Assembly: GCA_016712345.1 (NCBI GenBank)
Contig: JADJRH010000002.1
Location: forward strand, 8,466-72,465
Source of the DNA: Polyangiaceae bacterium
Lineage (GTDB): Bacteria; Myxococcota_A; Polyangia; Polyangiales; Polyangiaceae
Direction of reading: 5' to 3'
Length of the DNA: 64,000 bases
The notes under the pieces were generated by a model. It saw nothing but the letters and a program-made list of their open reading frames with translations, was not told the DNA's origin and ran no database searches. Made by a program: the position numbers and the translations under genes. Shown here one piece after another: positions 1-9,235 of the stretch. Position 1 is the first letter of the stretch. Each line of letters begins with the position of its first letter.

Positions 1-274
1 CGAAGCGACGAAACCAATGAACCAATGGAGCTCCATTCAATGGATCTCCACTCAACTTCACCGCACCACCTGACATACTATTCAGAGCAGTAGAAAAATC
101 CGCCTCACAAACATGCTTCTTGCCAAGTTCAGGATCCCAACCGAAGCGTAAGATTCCGGCAGCAAATTCGCCGGATGTGGCGCAAAAACAGGCACAACAA
201 CGCTTTCTCACTCCCAAGATTGACGGCGCCTTCTGAGAAAAAACATGAGCGCCTCTACCCAGAAAATTCTGTGG
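1..274 (-). repeat. 3' part of an ORF-less cassette, family N4 (truncated by window edge)
   Basis: Matches the last about 270 nt of cassettes 57150..58311, 58413..59591 and 60894..62061. Confidence 0.6.
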
Positions 275-375
275 GCCCAACGTGGTATTCTGCTGCGGGC
301 AGGCGGCGCAAGCAGAGCGGACGAAGGACGCTCTGCGCAGCAAGCCTGACCGACAGCAGCAATACCTGGTTGGAC
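275..375 (-). other. attC site 1 (family B)
   Basis: GCCCAAC...GTTGGAC boxes. Arms GGTATTCTGCTGCGGGCAGG / CCTGACCGACAGCAGCAATACC. Extra unpaired bases in the 3' arm. Confidence 0.7.
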
Positions 376-857
376 ATCCCAAGCTCCGAGCCCCACCGTT
401 TAGGATGAGGCTGAGACATGGTAGCTGACCGACGCGTCGTATACAACACGGAATCACGGAGGACACGGAGGAGCACGGAGGATTTGGGTAAAAAGACGAA
501 TCGAAACGCTAAGCCATGTCGTTGAGCACGTGCCGACAAGAAAGTCGATGAGGGTGCCGCGAGCCGAGGAGCAGCGCATCGTAGGGAGCGTCCAACCCAT
601 GCGCTGGTCGATGGCGCAGGGCAGGGCGTCGAGCCCGAGCGAGGTGGTGAAGGGGCAGGTGAAGGGGCAGACCAAAGCGGACGAAGCCAAGGGAGCGGCT
701 GCGCTCCACGGCCGTCCCGCCGCCTCTGACGCACGGGTGAAAAGAGCAAAGAGGAATCGCTGTTTTCTGGGTGAAATTGGGAGGCATCGGGGGGAGCACG
801 AAACCGACGGTCGAATGGACGCAACTCGAAGAGGGCCAAAACCGATAGATCTTCAGG

Positions 858-953
858 GGTGTCCGCAAGGGCCGGCCGGGGAGTCGCCCAGAAAGAGGAC
901 TCGAAGAGAGCAGGGCGGAGAGGGCGACTCCCCGGCCGGCCCTTGCGGACACC
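858..953. repeat. Perfect 32-bp inverted repeat (hairpin with 32-nt loop) upstream of GxxExxY gene
   Basis: GGTGTCCGCAAGGGCCGGCCGGGGAGTCGCCC ... GGGCGACTCCCCGGCCGGCCCTTGCGGACACC. Copies lie near 26425..26520 and 37160..37255. Confidence 0.85.
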
Positions 954-1056
954 CTGCGAGCCAATCGAGCGCGCCGCGTCGAAAAGTTGCGCCCAATGGG
1001 TAGGAATGGTCCTCCCCCGAAGCCCTGAAACCACCCGAGAACAAGAGCGTCTCCCC

Positions 1057-1431
1057 ATGCTGTTATACAAGGAGTTGAGTCAAGAGGTGGTGGGAGCGGC
1101 GTTGGAAGTGCACCGTCACCTGGGGCCAGGTTTGCTGGAGTCGGCCTATGACCATGCGCTATGTCATGAGCTTGGGCTTCGACGGCTGCACTACCGTCGA
1201 CAAGTGGAAGTGCCAGTCCACTACAAGGGCGTGGTACTCGGCTCGTGGCTGCGCATGGACCTTTTGGTCGAAGAGCGAATCGTCGTGGAAGTCAAAGCGG
1301 TCGAACAGTCTCTACCCATCCACGGTGCTCAACTGCTGACTTACCTTCGACTCAGTGGTTATCGCGTCGGTCTGCTGATAAACTTCAACTCGTTACATCT
1401 GAAAAGTGGCATCGTGCGTCGGGTGATCTGA
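1057..1431 (+). CDS. GxxExxY protein (PD-(D/E)XK nuclease-like, TIGR04256-type), copy 1
   Basis: 124 aa beginning MLLYKELSQEVVGAALEVHRHLGPGLLESAYDHAL...LLINFN, the canonical GxxExxY family pattern. Identical copies lie at 26624 and 37358. Confidence 0.8.
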   Translation: MLLYKELSQEVVGAALEVHRHLGPGLLESAYDHALCHELGLRRLHYRRQVEVPVHYKGVVLGSWLRMDLLVEERIVVEVKAVEQSLPIHGAQLLTYLRLSGYRVGLLINFNSLHLKSGIVRRVI

Positions 1432-1470
1432 ACGATCTGACTGTCAAGTTGCCTTACTCACATAGGGTAT

Positions 1471-1637
1471 GTCCAACGTGGCATTCAGCCGCAAAGGCCG
1501 CGTGCCGCAACGTGTCAGGTGGGAAGAGGGAAGCCGCCGAGCCACATCCGTAAAACTCAAAAAAAGTGCTCGGCGGCGACCCGCGCGAGACGTGACCGGA
1601 TGCGACGGCCTTTGTCGGCTGCAATGCCGAGTTAGGG
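1471..1637 (-). other. attC site 2 (long family L, 167 bp)
   Basis: GTCCAAC...GTTAGGG boxes. Long imperfect palindrome GGCATTCAGCCGCAAAGGCCGC ... GCGACGGCCTTTGTCGGCTGCAATGCC. Confidence 0.65.
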
Positions 1638-1690
1638 GGCTCGACCATCTTTTGTTGACCGTTCGAACGCGTACACATTTGATTCAGTGA

Positions 1691-1918
1691 CTAAGCCGCG
1701 GTTTTTGTATCAGTCCACTGAACTTTTAACTGTTTTCGAGTTTGCGCACAATCGCGAAGGTACAAGTTGATCAAAGTTTGATAGGGCATAGAGAGACTTT
1801 CCGCGAGGTTCTTGAAGTAGGAAATGGTTTCTTCGTCAAGTCGGATAGTGACCTGTTTTTTGAGTCGTTTCGCGTAGGGGTTTGGGCGTGCGTTGGAGAA
1901 GTCGTAGTTTTTTCTCAT
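1691..1918 (-). CDS. brnA: BrnA-family antitoxin (type II TA)
   Basis: About 75 aa: RKNYDFSNARPNPYAKRLKKQVTIRLDEETISYFKNLAESLSMPYQTLINLYLRDCA. ATG at 1918 (the ORF track starts at an alternative GTG at 1927). Overlaps the brnT stop codon. Confidence 0.7.
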   Translation of the reverse strand: MRKNYDFSNARPNPYAKRLKKQVTIRLDEETISYFKNLAESLSMPYQTLINLYLRDCAQTRKQLKVQWTDTKTAA

Positions 1919-1923
1919 GATGG

Positions 1924-2211
1924 TCACCGTGAATTGTATTGTTCTTGTTCGTTGGAGGTGGCGCGCCGAGCGGAAATAATGCGGATGACGTCATCTTGGC
2001 CGCGATAACAATGGCAGACGACAAGCATGTTGGCTTCCGAGCTGAGACCGAGCAAGATGAAGCGGTCCTCGTCGTCCGAATGGTCTGGGTCGTCGATCAG
2101 CAAGGCGTTGTCATCGGCGAACACCGACCGCGCTTCTTCGAAGGAGACTCCGTGCTTGCGCCGGTTTGACGCAGCCTTTTTGGGATCCCACTCAAAACGC
2201 AAACTCGACAT
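1924..2211 (-). CDS. brnT: BrnT-family toxin (DUF497 / RelE-like ribonuclease)
   Basis: 95 aa: MSSLRFEWDPKKAASNRRKHGVSFEEARSVFADDNALLIDDPDHSDDEDRFILLGLSSEANMLVVCHCYRGQDDVIRIISARRATSNEQEQY, which matches DUF497. ATG at 2211. Confidence 0.8.
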   Translation of the reverse strand: MSSLRFEWDPKKAASNRRKHGVSFEEARSVFADDNALLIDDPDHSDDEDRFILLGLSSEANMLVVCHCYRGQDDVIRIISARRATSNEQEQYNSR

Positions 2212-2795
2212 ACCGTCGAGGATACCTACATCGTATTTACACGCAAGAAAAAAATCCGTTAAACGCACCACAATGCGAATCGGATGCAGCGACTTACAAA
2301 CATTGCGGTGGTCACTTCACTATACCATTCAGAAAGAACGCAAGAGGGGTGAATCGCTGCGTTATTACCGCTCGCGAGCTTTCCTGCCGTGTGCCGCTCG
2401 CTGCATCAATCTCACGACTGCTCGGCTTGTCCGTGTTCCTCGTCAAAGGGCGGGTGCGAGTCGAGTCGTCAAGTAGAGTCGAAACGGCTCACCGAGATGT
2501 ATAGAAAACGTGAACGGACCACGCGAACGCGCAATATTGAGATCTGATATCAAGTCGGCAAGGTCATCAATGTGCGGCGTAGTTTCCGTCAAAACGACGA
2601 TGGTATCCGCCCCAAAGCGTAAGCACCGTTGTCTGGTCACGGTTCCTTCGTTGCCCTCGTATACGCCAAACTTGACATGGTTGGGTTTCGCCCTGCACTG
2701 TTCGGCACGCTCGACGAGTCAGGTTTCTGCTCCACTTGCTTGGTCAACAGGTTACCTCAACAAAAATGCCATCATAACGCATTGGGTTCCTGCCC

Positions 2796-2896
2796 CCTTA
2801 ACGTGGCAATCTGCTGCAAGCCCCAAAAGCAAGCAGAGCGGCCGAAGGACGCTCTGCGCAGCGTTGGGGATTGCCAGCAGCATTGCCGAGTTAGGT
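2796..2896 (-). other. attC site 3 (family A)
   Basis: CCTTAAC...GTTAGGT boxes. Arms GGCAATCTGCTGCAAGCCCC / GGGGATTGCCAGCAGCATTGCC. Central CAGAGCGGCCGAAGGACGCTCTG hairpin. Confidence 0.75.
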
Positions 2897-3980
2897 ACCT
2901 GACTCCCAACAAAGTGTTTTCGAATTTGTAACGCCGCACGCCGCGTTTTGAAGGGAGGAGCCGATTCCCAATTGTGTACACGAGGCAAACTCACGAACGC
3001 CGATTCGGTGTGTACACAAATCAGATTTCGAGACGCCAAGCCCACCGAAAACCTCCGCGCGAAACGAATACTACCTGTCTCAACCGGCCTGTCAACGCTT
3101 TCGAGCATGTCACCAGCGCCACCAAAATTGACGCCCACTTCACGCAACGTGGCACACGACGGGAAAGCCAAACCGCGACCACGCGGTTTGGTCCTTGAGA
3201 CAAATCTGAACGCGCCGAAATGTTGGCGAGATGGAAAACCTGCCTCTCCGAAACACAAGCTGGCTTTCGCCGAAGGCGTATAGGAAACGCTGACAATCAG
3301 GCCGTTTCGTCGATCTACCCACGCGCTCCCAACTGCGCGGTCTTCGCTCCGAATGTGTACACGGAGTGTCGACGGACACGAGGCCTCTCAGGGGCGAACC
3401 CGAAGTACAAGTAAGCTCATCCGAAGGCGCAAATGAAGCGTTTTGAGCAACGCTCCGATTCAAAAAAGAACAATGCCGCACCGAATATCAAGCGAAGCGC
3501 GATATTTGTGTACACGCACTGCGGCCACGCGTGCCGGCGTGTTTGCGTTGTTACACGAACGCCCTGAAAAGAAGCGAAGCGCGACAAATGTACCCATAAA
3601 AACCTACCCATGGCCGATTGCGCACATGTGGGTACACACAAACTTTTCGGACGAAATGAGCGCCTATCAAAGCAAAGTGATTTTCAAATGAGTCATACTG
3701 CCCACGATGTGTCGCATCGAACCCAAATCCGTCAACTCCAAATCTACCCACGGTCGGACATGGTTAGATCATGAATTGATAATGGATTAGAAGATACCCC
3801 ACCGGATGAACTACCGGTTGTCGCGGGAGTATAATTTTTGAACTTACCCACCCTCAACCCGAGCGCCGGTGAAGAACGATCAGGACATGCAAAATCCCTC
3901 GCAAAAGAGCCTCCGCGCACCAACTACCCACGTGCGCTTTCCGACAAAATTCAAGCGATTCTACCCACAAAATTCTGTGT
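2897..3980 (-). repeat. ORF-less cassette payload, family N1
   Basis: No ORF is conserved across copies. Shares TTTTCGAATTTGYAACGCCGCAC, TGTGTACAC palindromes, AAGCGAAGCGCGA and CTACCCA motifs with at least 9 other cassettes. Confidence 0.6.
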
Positions 3981-4080
3981 ACCTAACGTTGCGGTGTGCT
4001 GCGGCCGGGCGGCGCAAGCAGGGCGGACGAAGGACGCCCTGCGCAGCAAGCCCGGCCGTCAGTACCAGCGCATGGTTGGG
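3981..4080 (-). other. attC site 4 (family C)
   Basis: ACCTAAC...GTTGGGC boxes. Arms TTGCGGTGTGCTGCGGCCGGGCGG / CCCGGCCGTCAGTACCAGCGCATGG. Confidence 0.7.
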
Positions 4081-5183
4081 CACCTTGTGCTGGATGGGTT
4101 GTTTTCGAATTTGCAACGCCGCACCCCGCGTTTTGAAGGGAGAACGCCACCGCGACAAATGTACACAAGGCCATCTCACTGGCGATGATTGAATGTGTAC
4201 ACTTTTCAGCCTTGCCGCTATCAACCCCACCGTGTCCTCCGCACAATCCGTAGACTATCTGTATCAAAATGGCGGTCAAGCGCAATCTGCCCTACGAGGG
4301 TGATGCACTCGGGGTGCGCGGCCCGAACGCCGACGTCTCAAAATGTCGTGCGTACACTCGACCCACTCCGACACCGAAAATAAATTCATGAGGCCGAGCC
4401 GCGGCCTACGCGCGGCTTGGCCCTTCGAGTGCGCACGAGGGGTATCGAAGGGAGTGAGTTCTCGACGCGAGGGACCGAAATACAAGTTGGCTGACCCGAA
4501 GGCGCAAAATGAAGCGTTTCGCAAACCCGTGCGGCTAGAAAAAATACACCACGGGATCTGACATCCAGCGAAGCGCGATATTGCGTACACGCTCCGCGGC
4601 TGCGCACGCCAGCGTGTTTCCGTTGTGTCGCGGCGCTGCGAAAACAAGCGAAGCGCGACAAGTGTACCCATCAAGACCTGGCCAATGCCATTTCGTACAC
4701 GTGGGTACGCATGAACCTCTCGGGGAGAAATGGACCGCTGACCGATGAAACGAAGCTGATAGTTGAACAACCGCGCCCCCAAACAGAGGCACAGAAATCA
4801 GTCGAATCTCCACCTTCGAATCTACCCACTTCACCAACCAACTTGAACGCAAATTGAAGGTGAAGTGATGCAGCAGCTCCGACACAATTCTGGGTCGCTT
4901 CTTTTGTACAATATGACCGCGGATCTACCCATTCAATTGATCGACGTTGCACCAGTTGAGAAGAGGTAGATGCGAGAGAAAGTCCTTCAAAATGCGCCTC
5001 TACCCACCCGCAGGGCGTCAGTCTCTCTGTAAAAACAAACCTACCCATCGCGCCACTTCATCGAGCCGTTGGTGAGGAACAGTCAAGGTGCGCGCCGACC
5101 TTAAGAAAAGCGTCTCGATCGGTCCACTACCCATACCGCTTTCAGAAAAAAACGAAAACGACTCTACCCACAAAATTCTGTGT
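4081..5183 (-). repeat. ORF-less cassette payload, family N2
   Basis: Homologous to 20081..21179 and 59693..60791. Confidence 0.6.
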
Positions 5184-5287
5184 GCCCAACGCGCGCTTGT
5201 GCTGCAAGCCCCGAGAGCAAGCAGAGCGGCCCGACAGGGACGCTGTGCGCAGCGTCGGGGCTTGTCAGAACCAAGCGCTGGTTGGGC
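5184..5287 (-). other. attC site 5 (family G variant)
   Basis: GCCCAAC...GTTGGGC boxes. Arms TTGTGCTGCAAGCCCC / GGGGCTTGTCAGAACCAAG. Confidence 0.65.
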
Positions 5288-5312
5288 AGCATTCTCTCCC
5301 TATCGATATTCA

Positions 5313-6437
5313 CTACCAATCCTCCTCGCGTATAACTTCTCGCTCAATAAGGAGCGCCAAAGCATCCGCCATGTCGGTGAGTATCAATCGATCTTCTTTG
5401 GGTATGAGAGCGATCCTGCCCCGCTCACTCTGAGATGTCGTGGCCTGGTTATCAATTCGAATGGTAAGGGAACGAAACTCATAGCTCCACGTGCCAACCA
5501 TCCTGGCTTCCGACCCATGAAAATGCGCGTGGAGCTTGTGAGGCGTCGACGTGTACAGCGTTTTACCCGGCAGAAAGCGGAACGCGCATCCTCCTACGCC
5601 GCCCTTGCGAACGGTTCGAAGAATAGACTCCAATACTGCAAGTGACATGTCCGCCAGTCGCGGATCAGCACGAAACTCCAGCTTGCTTTCTTCGACGTAC
5701 ATACGAGCGCCGTAGAAGTAGATGCTTGACTCACCCACGTCGTGTTGGGGGCGACCAATAAAATTCCATTGTACATCGCCTGATTGTTGTTGCATTCCGC
5801 CTTGCAGATACTGGTGCTCGACTCCCAGCTTCTGGAGCGCCTCCGCGGTTATCTCGATGATTCGCGACGGCGGCTCGGTCGCACCGCTCTCGCGAGTGAG
5901 CGTCACACGGATGTCGTCAATGAACGCCGAGTGGCGAGCCAATGCTCCAGTTCTCGCGCCCGACTCGGTGCGAAAGAACTCGTTGTATTCATCTAGTGAA
6001 AATACCTGCGCGTGCTGATGTCCGAACTCCTCATTGGACACCGCGATCAAATTATCTAGGCCGTCGGGCGACGTTATGTTGAATCCTTGAAGGAGGCTGA
6101 TCGGTGGTGGAAGCTGCGTCAGGTCGACCCCGAAGATGCCGACCGGGATGACCCGAACTCCTTTCGCGTAAACGAAGCCAGCTTCGAAGTACACCCACCT
6201 TGAATCGAGTGACGCTGGCGATAAGAAGACGATCATAAGGGTAGCTCGTTCAAGAGCTTCCTGGACCTTGTGTACCCAATTTCGCCCGAGTGGAATGCTC
6301 TGACCGTCACTGGATAGAAACACGTCAATGGTTCCACCGGTCTTCGCCACGAACATCTGCTTTAGACGAGTAAGTCTGTCTTTGTCCCGCGGTGAGTGGC
6401 TGAAGAAAACCGTGGGTTTGCTCTTGCTCTTGCTCAT
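5313..6437 (-). CDS. TIR-domain protein with uncharacterised about 230-aa C-terminal domain
   Basis: 374 aa. N-terminus VFFSHSPRDKDRLTRLKQMFVAKTGGTIDVFLSSDGQSIPLGRNWVHKVQEALERATLMIVFLSPASLDSRWVYFEAG is a bacterial TIR pattern, including the conserved Glu. First gene of a three-gene minus-strand operon inside a single cassette. Confidence 0.75.
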   Translation of the reverse strand: MSKSKSKPTVFFSHSPRDKDRLTRLKQMFVAKTGGTIDVFLSSDGQSIPLGRNWVHKVQEALERATLMIVFLSPASLDSRWVYFEAGFVYAKGVRVIPVGIFGVDLTQLPPPISLLQGFNITSPDGLDNLIAVSNEEFGHQHAQVFSLDEYNEFFRTESGARTGALARHSAFIDDIRVTLTRESGATEPPSRIIEITAEALQKLGVEHQYLQGGMQQQSGDVQWNFIGRPQHDVGESSIYFYGARMYVEESKLEFRADPRLADMSLAVLESILRTVRKGGVGGCAFRFLPGKTLYTSTPHKLHAHFHGSEARMVGTWSYEFRSLTIRIDNQATTSQSERGRIALIPKEDRLILTDMADALALLIEREVIREEDW

Positions 6438-6579
6438 CTTCTAACCGTGTGATGTAGCAGCTTCTGCCGTGTTCCCCAATGTCTTGCCTGCCCAACGTTG
6501 TTTTCTGCTGTGGACGGGTGAGCAACGCGAGCCCGGCCATCAGCAGCAAAACAGTGTTCGGCGGCTCTCCCGTTCTCGC

Positions 6580-7080
6580 TCATGTTCCACGGTGAGTATT
6601 CTTGTGTTCCGACGTGGTGTAGATTCGTGCTCGGCACTCTTGTTCCAGAATGCGCCGGATCTCATCCTTCGAGCGGGTACCGAGCAATTTGTCAGTGAGC
6701 TCGCGCCGCGACACGACATGGTGATGAGCCAGACCAGCGACGCGCTTCTTTGAATGGCGAACTGCTGCTACTTGTCGTGCAGTGGCACTGGTTTCGTGGT
6801 GGGATGGGTCATACTTGCAGTGGTCGAGCTTTACTACGCCGTCCACTTCGCCATCCGCCGTCCATCTCCAAAGCGCCCAATCTGAGATAATGTGGCGTGC
6901 AATCTCTCTGCAGGGGTGGCGACTGTCCTGTGCCGTGCACACGGCTCGGAAAATTATTTCGATTAGCCATTCCCGGGCGCCGGGACTCAGTCGGGCCGCG
7001 ACCTCGGGAGGCACGTCCGTGTGCACGGACTCCGTGCCTGCCGTCCTTCTGCGCCTCTTAACCGGTGACCGATGGGGCAT
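6580..7080 (-). CDS. Hypothetical Arg-rich protein (middle gene of TIR operon)
   Basis: 166-aa ORF lying between the two flanking genes, starting 27 bp after the upstream gene's stop. No family recognised; start and reading frame are uncertain. Confidence 0.4.
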   Translation of the reverse strand: MPHRSPVKRRRRTAGTESVHTDVPPEVAARLSPGAREWLIEIIFRAVCTAQDSRHPCREIARHIISDWALWRWTADGEVDGVVKLDHCKYDPSHHETSATARQVAAVRHSKKRVAGLAHHHVVSRRELTDKLLGTRSKDEIRRILEQECRARIYTTSEHKNTHRGT

Positions 7081-7106
7081 ATGTCAAGTTTCCAGGTTTT
7101 AAAAAA

Positions 7107-7871
7107 CTACCGGGCGGCCTTGCGCTTACTCATGAAGTCAATCAGATCTTTGACGGCAGCGTCGGCAAGAGCGTCTGTTGCCACGTCCGCAGCGCGCACT
7201 CGACGGACCTCTACTCCTTCGTGCGTGAGCGGAATAAGACGCTTGTCCGCATCCGCTGGCGTCTCGTGATGGAAGGTGTCGCCATCGACTTCTACGACGA
7301 AGGTAAGCCCCTTAAAGATCACGACAAAGTCTGGCTCAAGGCGATGGTAGCTCTTCCCGACTCGTACAAACACGGGCAAAGGTGCAACCGCCAGCCGCGC
7401 ACGCTGCATTGCCTCAAACAGCGTAATTTCGGCACGCGAGCGAAACAATAAGCCACGGTGTTGCTGAGATGCGATATTGTCACTACGCACTCGGCCCTGG
7501 TTAGTGACCCCCTCCCCGCGGACGAATTTGAGCGCGTCCTCGCGCCAACCCTCGGGCGCTGGTACAACCGTTGGGCTCACGCTGACCCATCCGAGACAGT
7601 CACCAGGCGACGCGGAGAAGAAGGACTGGCCTACCTCGAGCACTGCGCTCTCTACCTGCTTCACCTCGGCCTCGGTGAGGGCGTGGAAGATGTGGATAGG
7701 GAGTCCAATGCGTAGGCCCCAGTTGTCCACGCCCCAGTCCGTATCGAGATGCTCGAACCTGCTGCCAATGCCCTCCAGGACGACCGCGATAGACCTGGTG
7801 TCGCCACGGATCTTGAGCGCTGCGGTGACAGATGCGAGAAAGTCCTCAATTGGAAAGGGACGATTGCTCAT
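7107..7871 (-). CDS. Protein with C-terminal DUF559/Vsr-like (PD-(D/E)XK) endonuclease domain
   Basis: 254 aa. C-terminal half LFRSRAEITLFEAMQRARL...PDFVVIFKGLTFVVEVDGDTFHH...DADKRLIPLTHEGVEVRRV matches the DUF559 endonuclease pattern (EVDG...H...D..R). N-terminal domain is unknown. Confidence 0.6.
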   Translation of the reverse strand: MSNRPFPIEDFLASVTAALKIRGDTRSIAVVLEGIGSRFEHLDTDWGVDNWGLRIGLPIHIFHALTEAEVKQVESAVLEVGQSFFSASPGDCLGWVSVSPTVVPAPEGWREDALKFVRGEGVTNQGRVRSDNIASQQHRGLLFRSRAEITLFEAMQRARLAVAPLPVFVRVGKSYHRLEPDFVVIFKGLTFVVEVDGDTFHHETPADADKRLIPLTHEGVEVRRVRAADVATDALADAAVKDLIDFMSKRKAAR

Positions 7872-7939
7872 CTTGCTTCCTCCCTACTTCTCTCTTCTCT
7901 TCAACGAATTGACCAATTGAACTGGGCGCAGCCCTGCCC

Positions 7940-8030
7940 GCTGAACGTGGCAATCTGCTGCAAGCCCCAAAAGCAAGCAGAGCGGCCGAAGGACGCTCTG
8001 CGCAGCGTTGGGGTTTGCCAGCAGCATTGC
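7940..8030 (-). other. attC site 6 (family A)
   Basis: Degenerate CTGAAC box at the 5' end, GTTAGGT box at the 3' end. Family A arms. Confidence 0.65.
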
Positions 8031-9068
8031 CGAGTTAGGTACCTGACTCCCAACAGAGTGTTTTCGAATTTGTAACGCCGCACGCCGCGTTTTGAAGGGA
8101 GTAGCCGATGCCCAATTGTGTACACGAGGCAAACCGACGAGCGCCGACTCGGTGTATACACAATTTTGACTTCGCGCTGCCAGACCCACCGAGAACCTCC
8201 GCGCGAAACGAATACTACCCGTCTCAACCGGGCTGTCAACGCTTTCGAGCATGTCACCAGCGCCACCAAAATTGACGCCCACCTCAAGCAACGTTGTCCA
8301 AGATCGGGCAGACCAAACCGCGACGGCCCGCTCTGTCCACGAAAAACGCACGAAGGTGCCGAAATGTTGGCGAGATGAAAACCAACCTGCGCGAAACAGG
8401 AAACGCCTACAAGCGGGCAGTTTCGTTGATCTACCCATGCGCTCCCAACACGGAGTGTCGACGGACACGAGGCCTCTCAGGGGCGAACCCGAAGTACGAG
8501 GAAGCTCATCCGAAGGGGCAAATGAAGCGTTTTGAGCAACGCTCCGATTCAAAAAGAACAATGCCGCACCGAATATCAAGCGAAGCGCGACACTTGCGTA
8601 CACGCACCGCGGCCACGCATGACAGCGTGGTTATGTTGTTGCGCGAACGCCGCAAAAAGAAGCGAAGCGCGACAAATGTACCCATAAAAACCTACCCATG
8701 GCCGACTGCGCACATGTGGGTACACACAAACTTTTCGGACGAAATGAGCGCCTATCAAAGCAAAGTGATTTTCAAATGAGTCATACCGCCCACGGATGTG
8801 TCGCATCGAACCCAAATCCGCCAACTCCAAATCTACCCACGGTCGGACATGGTTAGATCATGAATTGATAATGGATTATGAAGATACCCCACCGGATGAA
8901 CTACCGGTCGTTGTGGGAGTATAATTTTTGAACTTACCCACGCTCAACCCGACCGCCGGTGAAGAACATCAGGATATGCAAAATGCCTCGCAAAAGAGCC
9001 TCCGCGCACCAACTACCCACGTGCGCTTTCCGACAAATTCAAGCGATTCTACCCACAAAATTCTGTGT
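8031..9068 (-). repeat. ORF-less cassette payload, family N1
   Basis: Collinear with 2897..3980. Confidence 0.6.
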
Positions 9069-9235
9069 ACCTAACGTGGCATTCAGCCGCAAAGGCCGCA
9101 TCCCGCAACGTGTCAGGTGGGAAGAGGGAAGCCGCCGAGCCACATCCGTAAAACTTAAAAAAAGTGCTCGGCGGCGCCCCGTGCGAGACGTGACCGGATG
9201 CGACGGCCTTTGTCGGCTGCAATGCCGAGTTAGAC
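9069..9235 (-). other. attC site 7 (family L)
   Basis: ACCTAAC...GTTAGAC boxes. Long palindrome as in site 2. Confidence 0.65.

Noticed and set aside
255-1070. Long ORFs running through attC sites (for example 255..1070, 21160..22032, 44246..44983, 36593..37345).
   Set aside because: They span recombination sites and repeated noncoding sequence, change frame between copies, and have Arg/Ala/Pro-rich junk-like composition. They are read-through artefacts of GC-rich palindromic DNA.
2796-2896. A structured multi-copy ncRNA such as a retron msr/msd, group II intron fragment or riboswitch, as explanation for the co-varying conserved-core elements.
   Set aside because: The elements have symmetric R boxes, sit between cassettes at regular gene boundaries, and carry attC-style extrahelical bases. 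The attC interpretation explains everything without invoking a new RNA class.
3443-3751. Small ORFs recurring in N-family cassettes (for example the 82-aa + ORF at 3443..3691 and the 63-66-aa minus ORF ...SMRHIRGRYDSFENHFALIGAHFVRKVCVYPHVRNRPWVGFYGYICRASLL).
   Set aside because: They are conserved only as far as the underlying nucleotide sequence is conserved. Copies differ by frame-disrupting indels and non-synonymous changes in both strands' frames. They are more likely noncoding, but are flagged for dN/dS testing.
6434-6753. Alternative ORFs between the TIR gene and the middle gene (6434..6637 minus, 6469..6753 plus).
   Set aside because: They overlap the better-supported operon genes and have no motif. 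The middle gene of the operon itself remains uncertain.
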